A stretch of 64,000 bases of DNA. Origin: Candidatus Eiseniibacteriota bacterium (lineage in GTDB: Bacteria; Eisenbacteria; RBG-16-71-46). Made by a program: the position numbers and the translations under genes. The stretch covers positions 3,360,001 to 3,424,000 of the forward strand of contig OY970342.1 of NCBI GenBank assembly GCA_963717505.1, in the 5' to 3' direction. Of this stretch, positions 8,584 to 18,500 are shown one piece after another. Within the stretch, counting starts at the first letter, position 1; each line of letters starts with the position of its first letter. The notes under the pieces were generated by a model. The model made no database searches and was not told the DNA's origin. It worked only from the letters and a program-made list of their open reading frames with translations.

Positions 8584-10385
8584 CGCGTGTTCCCCAGGCG
8601 CACGAGTCGCGCTCCGGCCTGCTGGCCGGACCAGCGTGCGCGTGCGAAATAGATTCCAGTGCCCACGCGGCCGCCGCGGTCGTCGGTGCCGTCCCAGCTC
8701 AGCGTCGCTTCCCACCCCGCGCTCGCGGGAATCTCGAGCGTGCGCACGAGCTGACCGGTGACCGAATAGATCCGCACCACATCTTCTCCCGGCATCGCCC
8801 GCGTGGATGCAGAGCTCCTGCGCGAGAGCATCAACCGCATCGCCGACGCCGAAGGATTCGGCAGCGCCCGGATCGCGAGCGCGGGCCCCAACACCGCCGG
8901 CGCCGGAGGGACACCGACCGGCAGCGGATCCGTCAGCATGCGAAGCACGTTGATGCGGGTGCCGAGCTTGCCCGCGTAGCCCGGGTTCAGCGCATCGATG
9001 TCATCACCGGTGTCGTGGACGCGCTGCCGCACTTCGGCCGGTGTTGCGAGCGGCAGTCCGAGGCTCAGGCGACGCGCCTGGTACAGGCTCACCGCACCCG
9101 CGACGAACGGAGCCGCCACCGACGTGCCGTTGCTGGTGAGGTAGCTCGGCTCCGACATGCGTCCCATCGTGCTGGTGACCGAGAGCCCGCAGCCCGAGAC
9201 GTCGACCCAGGCGCCATAGCTCGAGAAACCGGCGCGCACGTCGTTGCGATCGATCGCAGCGACGTCGATGCAGTCGCCGCGCGCCGCCAGATAGTTCTCG
9301 GCCGTCGATTCGCTGTTGTGGTTACCCGCGGCGACGCACAGCGTGACGCCGTGATTGATCGCATAGGTCGCGGCCGTCCGCAGGGCGGTCAGGACGACGC
9401 TTTCCCACGAGCAATTGATCACGTGGGCTCCGTTGTCCGTGGCGTAGACCAGCGCCTGCGCCGCGAAGCCCATGTCGATCTGCCCGGGGCTGCTCGGCGT
9501 GTCCTTCCAGCCGATCCGGACCGGCAGGAGCTTGGCGCGAAACCCGGTGCCGGCGATGCCGAGCCCGTTGTCGGTGCGCGCACTGGCCATGCCCGCACAG
9601 AAGGTGCCGTGGCCAGCGAAGTCGATCGGGTCGTTGTCGGCGCCGCTCAGGTCCTCGCCGGGGACTCCGGTGCCCCCGGCGACGAAGTCCCAACCGCGCA
9701 AATCGTCGACGTAACCGTTGCCGTCGTCGTCGACCCCGGGCAGCCCGCCCATCTCGACCCAGTTGTGCGCGATGTTCCCGGCGGTGTACGGCGGCTCGGT
9801 GCCGCCCAGGTCCTCGTGGCTGTAGAGCACGCCGGTGTCGAGGATCGCGATCACGATCGTCGAGTCGCCCTGGATCACGTCCCAGGCCTCGAACACGTCG
9901 CTGTCGTGGTCGCTCGACTGGCCGAGCTGCCACTGGTCGCCGAGCATGGGATCGTTGGGCATGTAGCCGACCGAGGTGAGCGGCACCGGCTCGGCGCCGG
10001 CCACGCCGCGCACCGAACCATAGTCCGCGAGCGCCTGGGAGAGGCTCGCGTTCGCCGGCAACTCGACGATGTAGAACCGCGTGAGGTCTTCATCGTTCGA
10101 GCCGGGCGCGGGAGGCGTCGCGGTGGGGAACATCGGCTCGTAGACCCGCGGCTGGTAGCGGGCGTGAACCACGTCGAGGGCCGAGAGCCCGCTGGAAGCC
10201 AGGCGGTTGGGCTCGGCGTCGGGACGCTGCGCGTGTCCGAAGCCCGGTCGCGGCGTGCCTGAGTCGAGCTCGAGCACGAGCCTGTGCGGGTGAACGTTGG
10301 GGGTGGACATGGCCTCGCTCGGGGCGGCCAATGGCGGGCTTGTCGCCAACAGGACCGAAACGATCAGGGCCGAAATGATCTTCAT
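8580..10385 (-). CDS. S8 (subtilase) serine peptidase with C-terminal FlgD-Ig/T9SS-like domain
   Basis: Signal peptide; catalytic motifs ILDTG, GHGT, oxyanion AAGN and GTSVAAP; tail PNP...WDGTD..G...GIYF. Confidence 0.93.
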   Translation of the reverse strand: MKIISALIVSVLLATSPPLAAPSEAMSTPNVHPHRLVLELDSGTPRPGFGHAQRPDAEPNRLASSGLSALDVVHARYQPRVYEPMFPTATPPAPGSNDEDLTRFYIVELPANASLSQALADYGSVRGVAGAEPVPLTSVGYMPNDPMLGDQWQLGQSSDHDSDVFEAWDVIQGDSTIVIAILDTGVLYSHEDLGGTEPPYTAGNIAHNWVEMGGLPGVDDDGNGYVDDLRGWDFVAGGTGVPGEDLSGADNDPIDFAGHGTFCAGMASARTDNGLGIAGTGFRAKLLPVRIGWKDTPSSPGQIDMGFAAQALVYATDNGAHVINCSWESVVLTALRTAATYAINHGVTLCVAAGNHNSESTAENYLAARGDCIDVAAIDRNDVRAGFSSYGAWVDVSGCGLSVTSTMGRMSEPSYLTSNGTSVAAPFVAGAVSLYQARRLSLGLPLATPAEVRQRVHDTGDDIDALNPGYAGKLGTRINVLRMLTDPLPVGVPPAPAVLGPALAIRALPNPSASAMRLMLSRRSSASTRAMPGEDVVRIYSVTGQLVRTLEIPASAGWEATLSWDGTDDRGGRVGTGIYFARARWSGQQAGARLVRLGNTR

Positions 10386-10446
10386 ACAATCAGCATAACC
10401 CGTCCGAGCCTTCGTACAATCGGTTGCTTCAGACTTTCATGACTGC

Positions 10447-12105
10447 TCAGCGCGTGGCATTCGCGAGCCCGGCGTGCGCCCGATCCTCGAGACCCTTCTT
10501 CACTTCGGGCCTGCGGGGCGGCCGGCGCTCGATCGCCTTGAGCACGCCGCGCCACGCCTCGCGCGCGGCCGTGGAATCGCCCGCCGCGACACAGCCGTCG
10601 GCCAGGCTGTCGTAGGCGTTGGCCGACTCCGGGAACAGCTCGACATTCTTGCGGAAGAACGCGACCGCCATCTCGGCTTGGCCGTGCTTGAGAAGCGTGT
10701 AGCCGAGTCCGTTGAGCTGTTGCTCCGAGAAGTCGAGTGAATCCGGGTGTGAAGCCTTGAGCCGGTCGTACGTGGCGAACGCCTCGTCGACGTCTCCGCG
10801 CATCAGCGACGGCACCATCGCTTCGGCTACGCCGGGCTTGCTCGGAGGCGGGGGCTGGAGCGTCACGCCGTCCTTGACCCGGAGCGTGATGTGCCGTAGC
10901 GCTGCGAAATCGTCCAGAGGATTCGCCGCCAGCACGAGGAAGCTCGCCTCGGAGCCGGGATCGAGCGAACCGACGACCCGCTTCGGGAACACGACGCGCG
11001 GGGTCGCGACGCAGAGGAGCTGGAGCAGCTCGGCGCGGCCGAACGCGCCGATGCGGAGCAGATTGTCGGCCTCGTCGATGACGGACCGTGTGGGGTGATC
11101 CGTCCCCAGCGCCAGCTTCACCTTCACGGCCTCGAGCAGCGCGAGGTTTTTCCGGTGGACCTCATCCACGTCCAAGCCCGCGGGCGCAGGCTTGTGGCTC
11201 ACCGAGGTCGTGACCACGGTGATGCCGCGGCGCGCGGTTTCGCGGGCGTCGTCGGCCGTGATCGGCGCCAGCGGTAGGTGGGTGATCTCGTCCACGCCGG
11301 CGCCGACCGCGGCGCGATAGTCGGCAGCCGTGGTGACGTGCGCCGTAACCGCGAGCTTTGCGGCGTGCGCCCGCTTGACGATCTCCGGGACCAGGCGAGG
11401 GTCGAGACCGCGCCGGCCGAAGAAAGCGGGGTCGTCTTGGGAGTTGTTTTGGCGCTCGGCGTGGTGCTCGGACTCCTCGAGGTAGACCTTGATGAAGTCG
11501 GGCCGGCCCGCGAGCACGCGCGGCCATGCCGAGGCGAGCGCGGCGGCATCTGCGATCTCGACGTAGGCGTCGCCGGCGAAGCGTCGCGTCTTGGGCTCGA
11601 CCGGAGCCCCGTGATCTGCGCCCTCGTAGATCTGTGCCGGATGTCCGCCCGGGCCCGTCAGCCCGCCGTTGGCGAACACCACTTCGATCCTGCGGTCTTG
11701 CGCGAGCCGCCGCCGCACCGAAGCGACCTGCGAACCCGGGTTGTTCGGGTTCTTGGAGAAGAACACACCCGCAATGAGGAATCGGCGTGCGTCGTCCTCG
11801 ACCGCGCCCGAGTCGGAGAAGGCGTGGCTATGTGCGTCCCCGAATGCCGGCACCACGAAGCCGCCCTGCAGGTCCACGGTCTCGACCTCGGCCGGCGGCC
11901 GGCTGACGAACTTTCCTTCCGAGACGAGCACGCTGTCGCGGGCCACGAAGCCGCGCCCGTCGAACCAGTGCCCGTTCACGAACCGGAGACCGTGGGGACG
12001 ATCGCCGTGCGCGCGGGACTGGAGGGTCGCGCCGGCGAGCAGCGCACCGGCGATCAACAGAGTGAAGGGGAGGATCCGGGCTCGAACGAAGCGCGATTCA
12101 GGCAT
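10447..12105 (-). CDS. Exported amidohydrolase-family protein with C-terminal TPR
   Basis: DAHSH metal motif, IKVY, TAHV, ITHL, LGTD; C-terminal 'QLNGLGY...ANAYDSLAD' TPR. Confidence 0.88.
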   Translation of the reverse strand: MPESRFVRARILPFTLLIAGALLAGATLQSRAHGDRPHGLRFVNGHWFDGRGFVARDSVLVSEGKFVSRPPAEVETVDLQGGFVVPAFGDAHSHAFSDSGAVEDDARRFLIAGVFFSKNPNNPGSQVASVRRRLAQDRRIEVVFANGGLTGPGGHPAQIYEGADHGAPVEPKTRRFAGDAYVEIADAAALASAWPRVLAGRPDFIKVYLEESEHHAERQNNSQDDPAFFGRRGLDPRLVPEIVKRAHAAKLAVTAHVTTAADYRAAVGAGVDEITHLPLAPITADDARETARRGITVVTTSVSHKPAPAGLDVDEVHRKNLALLEAVKVKLALGTDHPTRSVIDEADNLLRIGAFGRAELLQLLCVATPRVVFPKRVVGSLDPGSEASFLVLAANPLDDFAALRHITLRVKDGVTLQPPPPSKPGVAEAMVPSLMRGDVDEAFATYDRLKASHPDSLDFSEQQLNGLGYTLLKHGQAEMAVAFFRKNVELFPESANAYDSLADGCVAAGDSTAAREAWRGVLKAIERRPPRRPEVKKGLEDRAHAGLANATR

Positions 12106-12188
12106 TGGTCGTCATATCCCCATAGGAAGTCGCGAGGGAGCTTCGCTCCCGGACGAACGTGGGGAAAGGCTTCACCAACGCTGGGCGA

Positions 12189-13331
12189 CTAGTACGTCAC
12201 GTGCTCCATGGTCATCAACCACAGGTTGCCGCTCGGTGAGTAGCGACGCAGGGTCACCGGCCCGCCGGCTTCGGCCTCGAGGTACCGGTGAACGGTGGCC
12301 GAGTCTCTGTGGTCGATCTTGTGGGCCGCCGCATCGACCAGCAGCGTGGCGATCGCCCGCGTCGCGACCATGTTGACCGATTGGCTCCAGGTTCCGAAGT
12401 GGCCGCTCATGCCGTACTCGGCGATGAGCCGCTTGTTTTCGGCGCTGATCCACGCCATGTCGCCCTTCTTGTCGGGGGGGATCGCCATCCCCAGCGCCGC
12501 CGGGTATCCCGCGGTCGGCGCCGGCGTGCTCTGCTCGACAAAGTAGCCCTGCTTCGCCATCAAGATCGCTCGGATCAGCGGCTCCTGCATCCCGTCGTTG
12601 GTGCTGAAGAACGCAGTCTGCGGCCCGTACTGCTTTAACTGCCGCGGGACGTCCTCGAGGACGAACTGCTGGGTCCCCGGAAGGCCGCCTTCTCCGGTTG
12701 GATCGGGCGCCGACACGAAGTGGAACTGCATCCCGCGCCGGGCACACTCGAGCGCCATGATTTCACGGCGCCTCGAGAGCAGGACCATGGACATGTGACG
12801 CGGGAACGAATAGTGAACGAAGTGCTTGGCACCCATCTTCTGCGCGTTCTCGATCAGTGCGACGCCTCGCGTCAGCTCGTCGGGGAGGATCGCCAGGTCG
12901 CAGACCTTCATCGCCATGTCCGGATCCTCGTGCGGGTACATGAACCCGATGAGGATGTCCGGACGTTGCTCACGAATCTTTCGCGCGGCGGACACCGAGC
13001 CGTTGACCGCCTGCCCGGCGATCACGACCTTCACCTCCGGGTCGGCGGCGAGCCCGACCATCTGCGAGATCACGGTCTCGATCTCGGTGCTGAAGTTGTC
13101 GGGAAACGTCACGGTATTCACCCGCCCCGGGTAGCGGTCCGCGACCTGCTGGCCGGCGCGATAGTCTTCCTCTCCCTGGGAGACCGTGCTGGTCATGATG
13201 CCCAGCTTGAACGCACTCGGGTCCCCGGGCGGCGGAGGCGCCAGATCCGTGGAGGAGCGCTTCGTGCAGCCGGTCGAGACCACTATAAGGAGGAGGGCGA
13301 AGCACCAGGCAATACGCAATCGTCGCGGCAC
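12189..13331 (-). CDS. DUF3798-family lipoprotein (periplasmic-binding-protein-like)
   Basis: Lipobox STG-C; family motifs VSQGEEDYR, HYSFPRHMS, APDPT and TNDGMQEPL. Confidence 0.8.
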   Translation of the reverse strand: MPRRLRIAWCFALLLIVVSTGCTKRSSTDLAPPPPGDPSAFKLGIMTSTVSQGEEDYRAGQQVADRYPGRVNTVTFPDNFSTEIETVISQMVGLAADPEVKVVIAGQAVNGSVSAARKIREQRPDILIGFMYPHEDPDMAMKVCDLAILPDELTRGVALIENAQKMGAKHFVHYSFPRHMSMVLLSRRREIMALECARRGMQFHFVSAPDPTGEGGLPGTQQFVLEDVPRQLKQYGPQTAFFSTNDGMQEPLIRAILMAKQGYFVEQSTPAPTAGYPAALGMAIPPDKKGDMAWISAENKRLIAEYGMSGHFGTWSQSVNMVATRAIATLLVDAAAHKIDHRDSATVHRYLEAEAGGPVTLRRYSPSGNLWLMTMEHVTY

Positions 13332-13415
13332 GGGACCTCCAATGGGAGTAACTTACTGGGCCGCACACTCTAGCATCGAGTGGGCTGGAGTGGTTGATCC
13401 CGGCGCGCAAGTGCC

Positions 13416-13450
13416 TTGACAGGCATATACCGCTATGGGAATATAAGCGC
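13416..13450 (+). promoter_or_regulatory. Sigma70 promoter with overlapping imperfect palindrome (ArsR operator); probably leaderless
   Basis: TTGACA (13416)-17 nt-GAATAT-6 nt-ATG; imperfect inverted repeat ATATACC...GGAATAT across the spacer. Confidence 0.6.
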
Positions 13451-13813
13451 ATGGAATCTGCCTTCGCCATTCTTGCGGAGCCAAACCGCCGCGCCATCCT
13501 GAACCTCCTCGCCTCGTCGGAGAGGTCGGTCGGAGAGATCGAAGCACGGCTCGGAATGCCCCAGCCCTCGGTGTCGAAGCATCTCCGGGTGCTGCGTGAG
13601 GCAGGCTTCGTCGAGTCGCAGATCGATGCGCAGCGTCGCGTCTACCGGCTCCGGCCCGAACCCCTCAAGGAAGTGGATTCCTGGCTCGCCCCGTTCCGGC
13701 GACTCTGGTCGGCCCACGTCGATGCCCTCGAACGCCACCTGGATCGAATGGAGCGGCGGCCCGCACCGAAACGCAGGGAACGAGGAACACGCTCGAAAGG
13801 AAAGAAACGATGA
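13451..13813 (+). CDS. ArsR/SmtB-family transcriptional regulator
   Basis: F.ILAEPNRR.IL...SVSKHLRVLREAG wHTH; start reassigned to ATG 13451. Confidence 0.93.
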   Translation: MESAFAILAEPNRRAILNLLASSERSVGEIEARLGMPQPSVSKHLRVLREAGFVESQIDAQRRVYRLRPEPLKEVDSWLAPFRRLWSAHVDALERHLDRMERRPAPKRRERGTRSKGKKR

Positions 13814-14358
13814 GCAAACGCGAGAGCTACGCGCCGGGCCCTGCCTCAGGCGCGGAAGTCCGGAAGGACGGGGAAGAGTGGGGGCTCGTTCTGGTCCGTG
13901 ACCTTCGTCACCCGCCGGCGCGGGTTTGGCAGGCGCTGACCGACCCGGCGCATCTCCGAGAATGGGCGCCGTTCGATGCTGATGGCAGCTTGGGGACGGT
14001 GGGAAGCACGGTGAAGCTCACCACGGTGGGAGCGCCCACGTCGATGGTTTCCGAAGCAAGAGTGACGCGAGCCGACGCTCCCAAGTTGCTCGTGTACAAC
14101 TGGGGTGATCACGAGATGCGCTGGGAGCTGGCGCCGCTCGGCGGCGGCACGCGACTGACGCTGTGGACCAGCATCAATCGCCGCTTCATCTCCATGGGTG
14201 CTGCCGGGTGGCACATTTGCTTCGACGTTCTGGATCAGCTTCTCGGCGGAACTCCCCTCGGACGCATGGTCGGCCCCGAACTCATGAAGTTCGACGGCTG
14301 GCAGCGATTGAACGCCGAGTACGCAAAGCAATTTGGCATTGAAGGGAGGTCCCTTTGA
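13810..14358 (+). CDS. SRPBCC (AHSA1/START-like) domain protein
   Basis: R.L.HPP.RVW.ALTDP..L.EW...GWH motif; ATGA coupling to ArsR. Confidence 0.9.
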   Translation: MSKRESYAPGPASGAEVRKDGEEWGLVLVRDLRHPPARVWQALTDPAHLREWAPFDADGSLGTVGSTVKLTTVGAPTSMVSEARVTRADAPKLLVYNWGDHEMRWELAPLGGGTRLTLWTSINRRFISMGAAGWHICFDVLDQLLGGTPLGRMVGPELMKFDGWQRLNAEYAKQFGIEGRSL

Positions 14359-14579
14359 ACTGGAACAGCTGGATCCGGCAGATCCACCGCTGGCTGTCCA
14401 TCGCCTTCACGTTGACCGTCATCGCCAACTTCATTGCCCTGGCACAGACGGGGGGTGCGATGCCTCCGCCCTGGGTGACCTACGCGCCGCTGCTCCCGCT
14501 CGCCTTGCTCTTGTTCACCGGTCTGTATCTGTTCGTGCTGCCGTATTCGGTCAAGTGGCGGAGTGGGAGGAAGACATGA
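14355..14579 (+). CDS. Small two-TM membrane protein
   Basis: TTG start overlapping the upstream stop; RQIHRWLSIAFT..., two hydrophobic helices. Confidence 0.75.
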   Translation: MNWNSWIRQIHRWLSIAFTLTVIANFIALAQTGGAMPPPWVTYAPLLPLALLLFTGLYLFVLPYSVKWRSGRKT

Positions 14580-15010
14580 AGACCTCGGTTGCGAGCAAAG
14601 GCCAGTCGGCATCGGAGCTCATCTCGAAGAGAATCGCCGATCTCGGGGACTGGCGCGGGAAGACCCTCAACAAGATGCGCAAGCTCATCAAGGCAGCAGA
14701 CCCGGACGTCGTCGAGGAGGTGAAGTGGATCAAACCCACCAATCCAGGCGTTCCGGTTTGGTCGCACGACGGCATCATCTGCACGGGCGAGACCTACAAG
14801 AGCGTGGTCAAGCTCACCTTCGCCAAAGGCGCGTCGCTCAAGGATCCGGCGCGTCTCTTCAATTCGAGTCTCGACGGCAACGTACGCCGGGCGATCGACC
14901 TCCGCGAAGGAGAAGGCGTTGACGAGCCCGCGTTCAAGGCGCTCGTTCTTCAAGCGGTCGCTCTCAACACTTCCAGCAAATCCAAAGCTTCGAAGAAAGC
15001 GAAGTCCTAG
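14576..15010 (+). CDS. DUF1801 (YdhG-like) domain protein
   Basis: DWRG.TL..R.LI..ADPDVVEEVKW...FNSSL.GN.RRAID; ATG 14576 with SD GGAGG. Confidence 0.88.
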   Translation: MKTSVASKGQSASELISKRIADLGDWRGKTLNKMRKLIKAADPDVVEEVKWIKPTNPGVPVWSHDGIICTGETYKSVVKLTFAKGASLKDPARLFNSSLDGNVRRAIDLREGEGVDEPAFKALVLQAVALNTSSKSKASKKAKS

Positions 15011-15061
15011 CAGGCAACCCGGAGGGACCTACTTTGTCACTCCGTGGCCCCACAAACACCA

Positions 15062-15089
15062 GGGGCGGCGTCCTTGCGGACACCGCCCC
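15062..15089. terminator. Hairpin between convergent genes
   Basis: GGGGCGGCGTCC-ttgc-GGACACCGCCCC. Confidence 0.6.
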
Positions 15090-15116
15090 GACGGCGTGAG
15101 GTGGTACTCGGGCGTT

Positions 15117-15317
15117 CTAGGCCTTGCGAACGTTCGCCGCCTGCAGCCCCTTCGGGCCGCGCGTCACGTCGAACTCGAGCGCTTCACCCTCGGCGAGCGT
15201 CTTGAAACCCTCGCCCGAGATGGCCGAAAAGTGGACGAACACGTCTTCGCCCTCCGGCTGGGAAATGAAGCCAAAGCCCTTCGCCTCGTTGAACCACTTC
15301 ACAGTGCCACTAGCCAC
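15117..15317 (-). CDS. cspA: Cold-shock protein (CspA family)
   Basis: GTVKWFN..KGFGFI and VFVHFS RNP motifs; GTG 15317 with SD CAGGAG; 66 aa. Confidence 0.95.
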   Translation of the reverse strand: MASGTVKWFNEAKGFGFISQPEGEDVFVHFSAISGEGFKTLAEGEALEFDVTRGPKGLQAANVRKA

Positions 15318-15427
15318 TTGAAACTCCTGTACCGGGTCGTCGACCCGCATGTGCCGTGTATCACGCCACGGCCGCGTTCGGTCTCCGTGACCGATGGTCT
15401 TCGCTCGATCCTGGATGATGAGCCAAC

Positions 15428-15455
15428 AAAAAACCGCCAGACGAGTCTCTGGCGG
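15428..15455 (-). terminator. Rho-independent terminator
   Basis: Minus strand CCGCCAGA-gactcg-TCTGGCGG-TTTTTT, about 100 nt after the glucan synthase stop. Confidence 0.8.
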
Positions 15456-15556
15456 ATCTGAACGCTGGCGGCACATCCACAGGCAACCGAAGACAAGGTG
15501 ACTATCGGACAAATCTCGCGAAAGCGACAGTCAATTCGAGGTGAACTTGAACGCGG

Positions 15557-18500
15557 TCACGATTCGCGGGAATTCCCCAGAGAGAACGTGCTCTCCGGCG
15601 CTGAAATCGGAGGGGTCTCGGGTGAAGGGTCGCCCAAAACCACCTGAACTCGATGCACGGCGCCATCGTCGACGAGCGGGATGGCCTGAGAATCCACCCG
15701 TGCGCCGTCCAGCTTCACCTCCGCAACGCCGCGGTTCCTGCGTCCTGGATTCACCACGGTGATCTCGTAGCGGCTCCGCCCATGACGCCACCTCACGACG
15801 AAGCGGTCCCATGAGCCGGGAATACACGGCGCAACGGCGAAGCAGAGGCCGCGGCGCTTGAGTCCGAGAATCGATTCGAGACCGAGGCGGTACATCCAGG
15901 CCGCCGAGCCGGTGTACCAGGTCCAGCCACCGCGGCCGATGTGGGCCGGGTGCGTGTAGACATCGGCTGCCACCACGTAGGGCTCGACCTTGTAGCGCTC
16001 GACGTCAGCGGGCGTACGGCTGTGGTTGATCGGATTCAGCATGTGGAACAACTCGACCGCCTCGTCGCCGTTGCCCAGATGAGCGATCGCCATCACCGCC
16101 CACAGCGCCGCATGGGTGTACTGGCCGCCGTTCTCGCGCACGCCCGGCACGTAGCCCTTGATGTATCCCGGATCGAGGTGTGTCTGGTCGAACGGGGGTG
16201 CGAGTAGCTGGATCACGCCCGCATCGCGGCGCACGAGCTGCATGCGAACGGCATCCATGGCCCGCTCGGCTCGCCCCCGTGGCGCGGCACCGGACAGTAC
16301 GGCCCAACTCTGCGAGATTGCGTCGATCCTGCATTCCTGGGCTTGGGCGGAGCCGAGCGGAGTCCCGTCGTCGAAGTAAGCCCGGCGATACCAGTCGCCG
16401 TCCCATGCTTGCTCGAGCATCGTCCCCATACGCTCGCGCTCGCCGCGCCAGCGCGCAGCACGCTCGAGGTCTCCGCGCGCCTCCACGATCAGGGCGAAGT
16501 CGTGCAGGATCTTCGACAGGAACCATCCCAGCCATACGCTCTCACCGCGGCCACGATGCCCCACCCGATTCAGCCCGTCATTCCAGTCGCCGGTACCGAT
16601 GGTCGGCAACCCGTGCGGGCCCATGGTCAGGCGGCGCTCGATGGCGCGCACGCAGTGTTCGTAGAGAGTCCCGCTCTGGTTCGCGGTCTCGGGTTGACCG
16701 TAGGCCTCCAGCTGATCGGGAGAGAGCGGCGGCGCTTCCAGGAAGGCCACGGGCACGTCGAGCACCGCGTGATCGCCGGTCCACTTCACGTAATGGGCCA
16801 CCGCGTACGGGAGCCACAAGAGGTCGTCGGAGCAGCGAGTGCGCACTCCACGGCCGGTGTGCTCGTGCCACCAGTGCTGCACGTCCCCTTCGATGAACTG
16901 GCGGCCGGCGCAGCGCAGCAGGTGCTCACGGTAGAGATCGGGCCGCGCGAGCCCAAGCGCCATGACATCCTGAAGCTGGTCACGGAAGCCGTACGCCCCG
17001 CCGGGCTGGAAGAATCCAGTGCGGCCCCAGAACCGCGAACTCAGGGCCTGGTAGAGCAGCCAACGGTTCATGATCAGGTCGAAGGAATCGTCCGGCGTTT
17101 CGACCTGCACGGTGCCGAGCAGCTGATCCCAGCGCTCCTCGACCTGTTCCAGCGCGGCGCGCGCGGCCTCGACGCTGGCGAAGCGACTCGCCAGCGCCAG
17201 CGCGTGCTCGCGGTCCTCGCCCTGGCCCAGCAGCAACACGACGTCGCGGGTCTCGCCCGGCTCGAGATCGACGCGAATCTGAAGCGCAGCGCACGGGTCG
17301 AGGCCGGCGCCGAAGCGCTGCGCCAGGGACTCACGCCCCAAGGCCGCGGGCCGGCGCAGCGAGCGGTTCCGCCCCAGGAACTCGAGCCGATCGCCGGTCG
17401 CCGATGTGGGCCGCACGTTCGAGTGCGCGAACGCCACGCGCCCCGCGAAGTCGGAGTTGTAGGGATTGCGGGCCAGGACGGCGCCGGTCTCGGGGTCCTG
17501 CTCGGTGATGACGAAGCGGTGCTCCCCCGAACGCGGCGGACAGAGCGCCCACTCGTTGTATGCGAATACGCTCAGGCGCCGCGTCTCCCGATCGTGATTG
17601 GTGAGCGACAGCCACGACAGCTTGACGGGTTCGTCGGCGTGCACGAACACCGCGAGCTGGCAGGTGATGCCTTGAGCGCTGTGGGCGTAGCGCGTGACGC
17701 CGGCGCCATGGCGCGTGACCCAGCGACCGTCGTCGCGCCGCCGCGGCAACGGGCCGGGCGTGGCGCCCCACATGCTCCCGCGGTCCTCGTCACGCAGATA
17801 CACGGCCTCGCCGCTGAACTCGCTCACGGTGTCGTTGCCGAACGGCGTGAGGCGGTTCTCGCGGCTGTTGCCGGCCCAGGTCCAGGCGGCGCCGGTGGCC
17901 CCGACCACGGTGCCGAAGCGCTCGTTCGCGATCACGTTCACCCACGGCAGAGGCGTGTCCTCATCGCCGTTCAACACGATCGCGTACTCGCGCCCGCCGG
18001 CCGCGAAGCCTCCGAGCCCGTTGGCGTGCGTCAGCGGTGGAGCTTCGACCTCGAGGGTGGGGCTACCGCCGTGTGCCCCCTCGGGCGCCGCTCGCGCCAC
18101 CAGCGAGGGCGGCCAACTCGGCTCCGGATAGGGCAGGCGGAGCTGGTCCGCCAGGTCGCCATGCCCGCCGTTGAGCACCGCACGTGCGGACGCCAACAGG
18201 AGTTCCCGCTGGCGCTCCGGCATGCCGTCGCTGCGCAACAGGAACACGCCCCCGGGACGGTTCCTCCAGGCCGCCCAGGTCCCTCGTTCCGATCAGGCTC
18301 TGGAGCTGCTCGTGCATCTGCTTCAGGTAGCTCATCGGGTATTCGTTGAGGACGATGACGTCGGCGCTGAGCCCCTTCAACCGCCAGTACTCCTGAGCGC
18401 GCAGCACCTGGCGCACCAGGGACACGTCGTCGTCCTCGACCACCCGCACGATCAGCGATCGGCAGATCGCCGGAGATGCCGTGCGCCCACAGGCCGGACT

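Noticed and set aside
9100-9135. GTSVAAP instead of GTSMAxP in the subtilase as a sign of inactivation
   Set aside because: Catalytic Asp, His, Ser and the oxyanion Asn are all present; this position varies among S8 enzymes.
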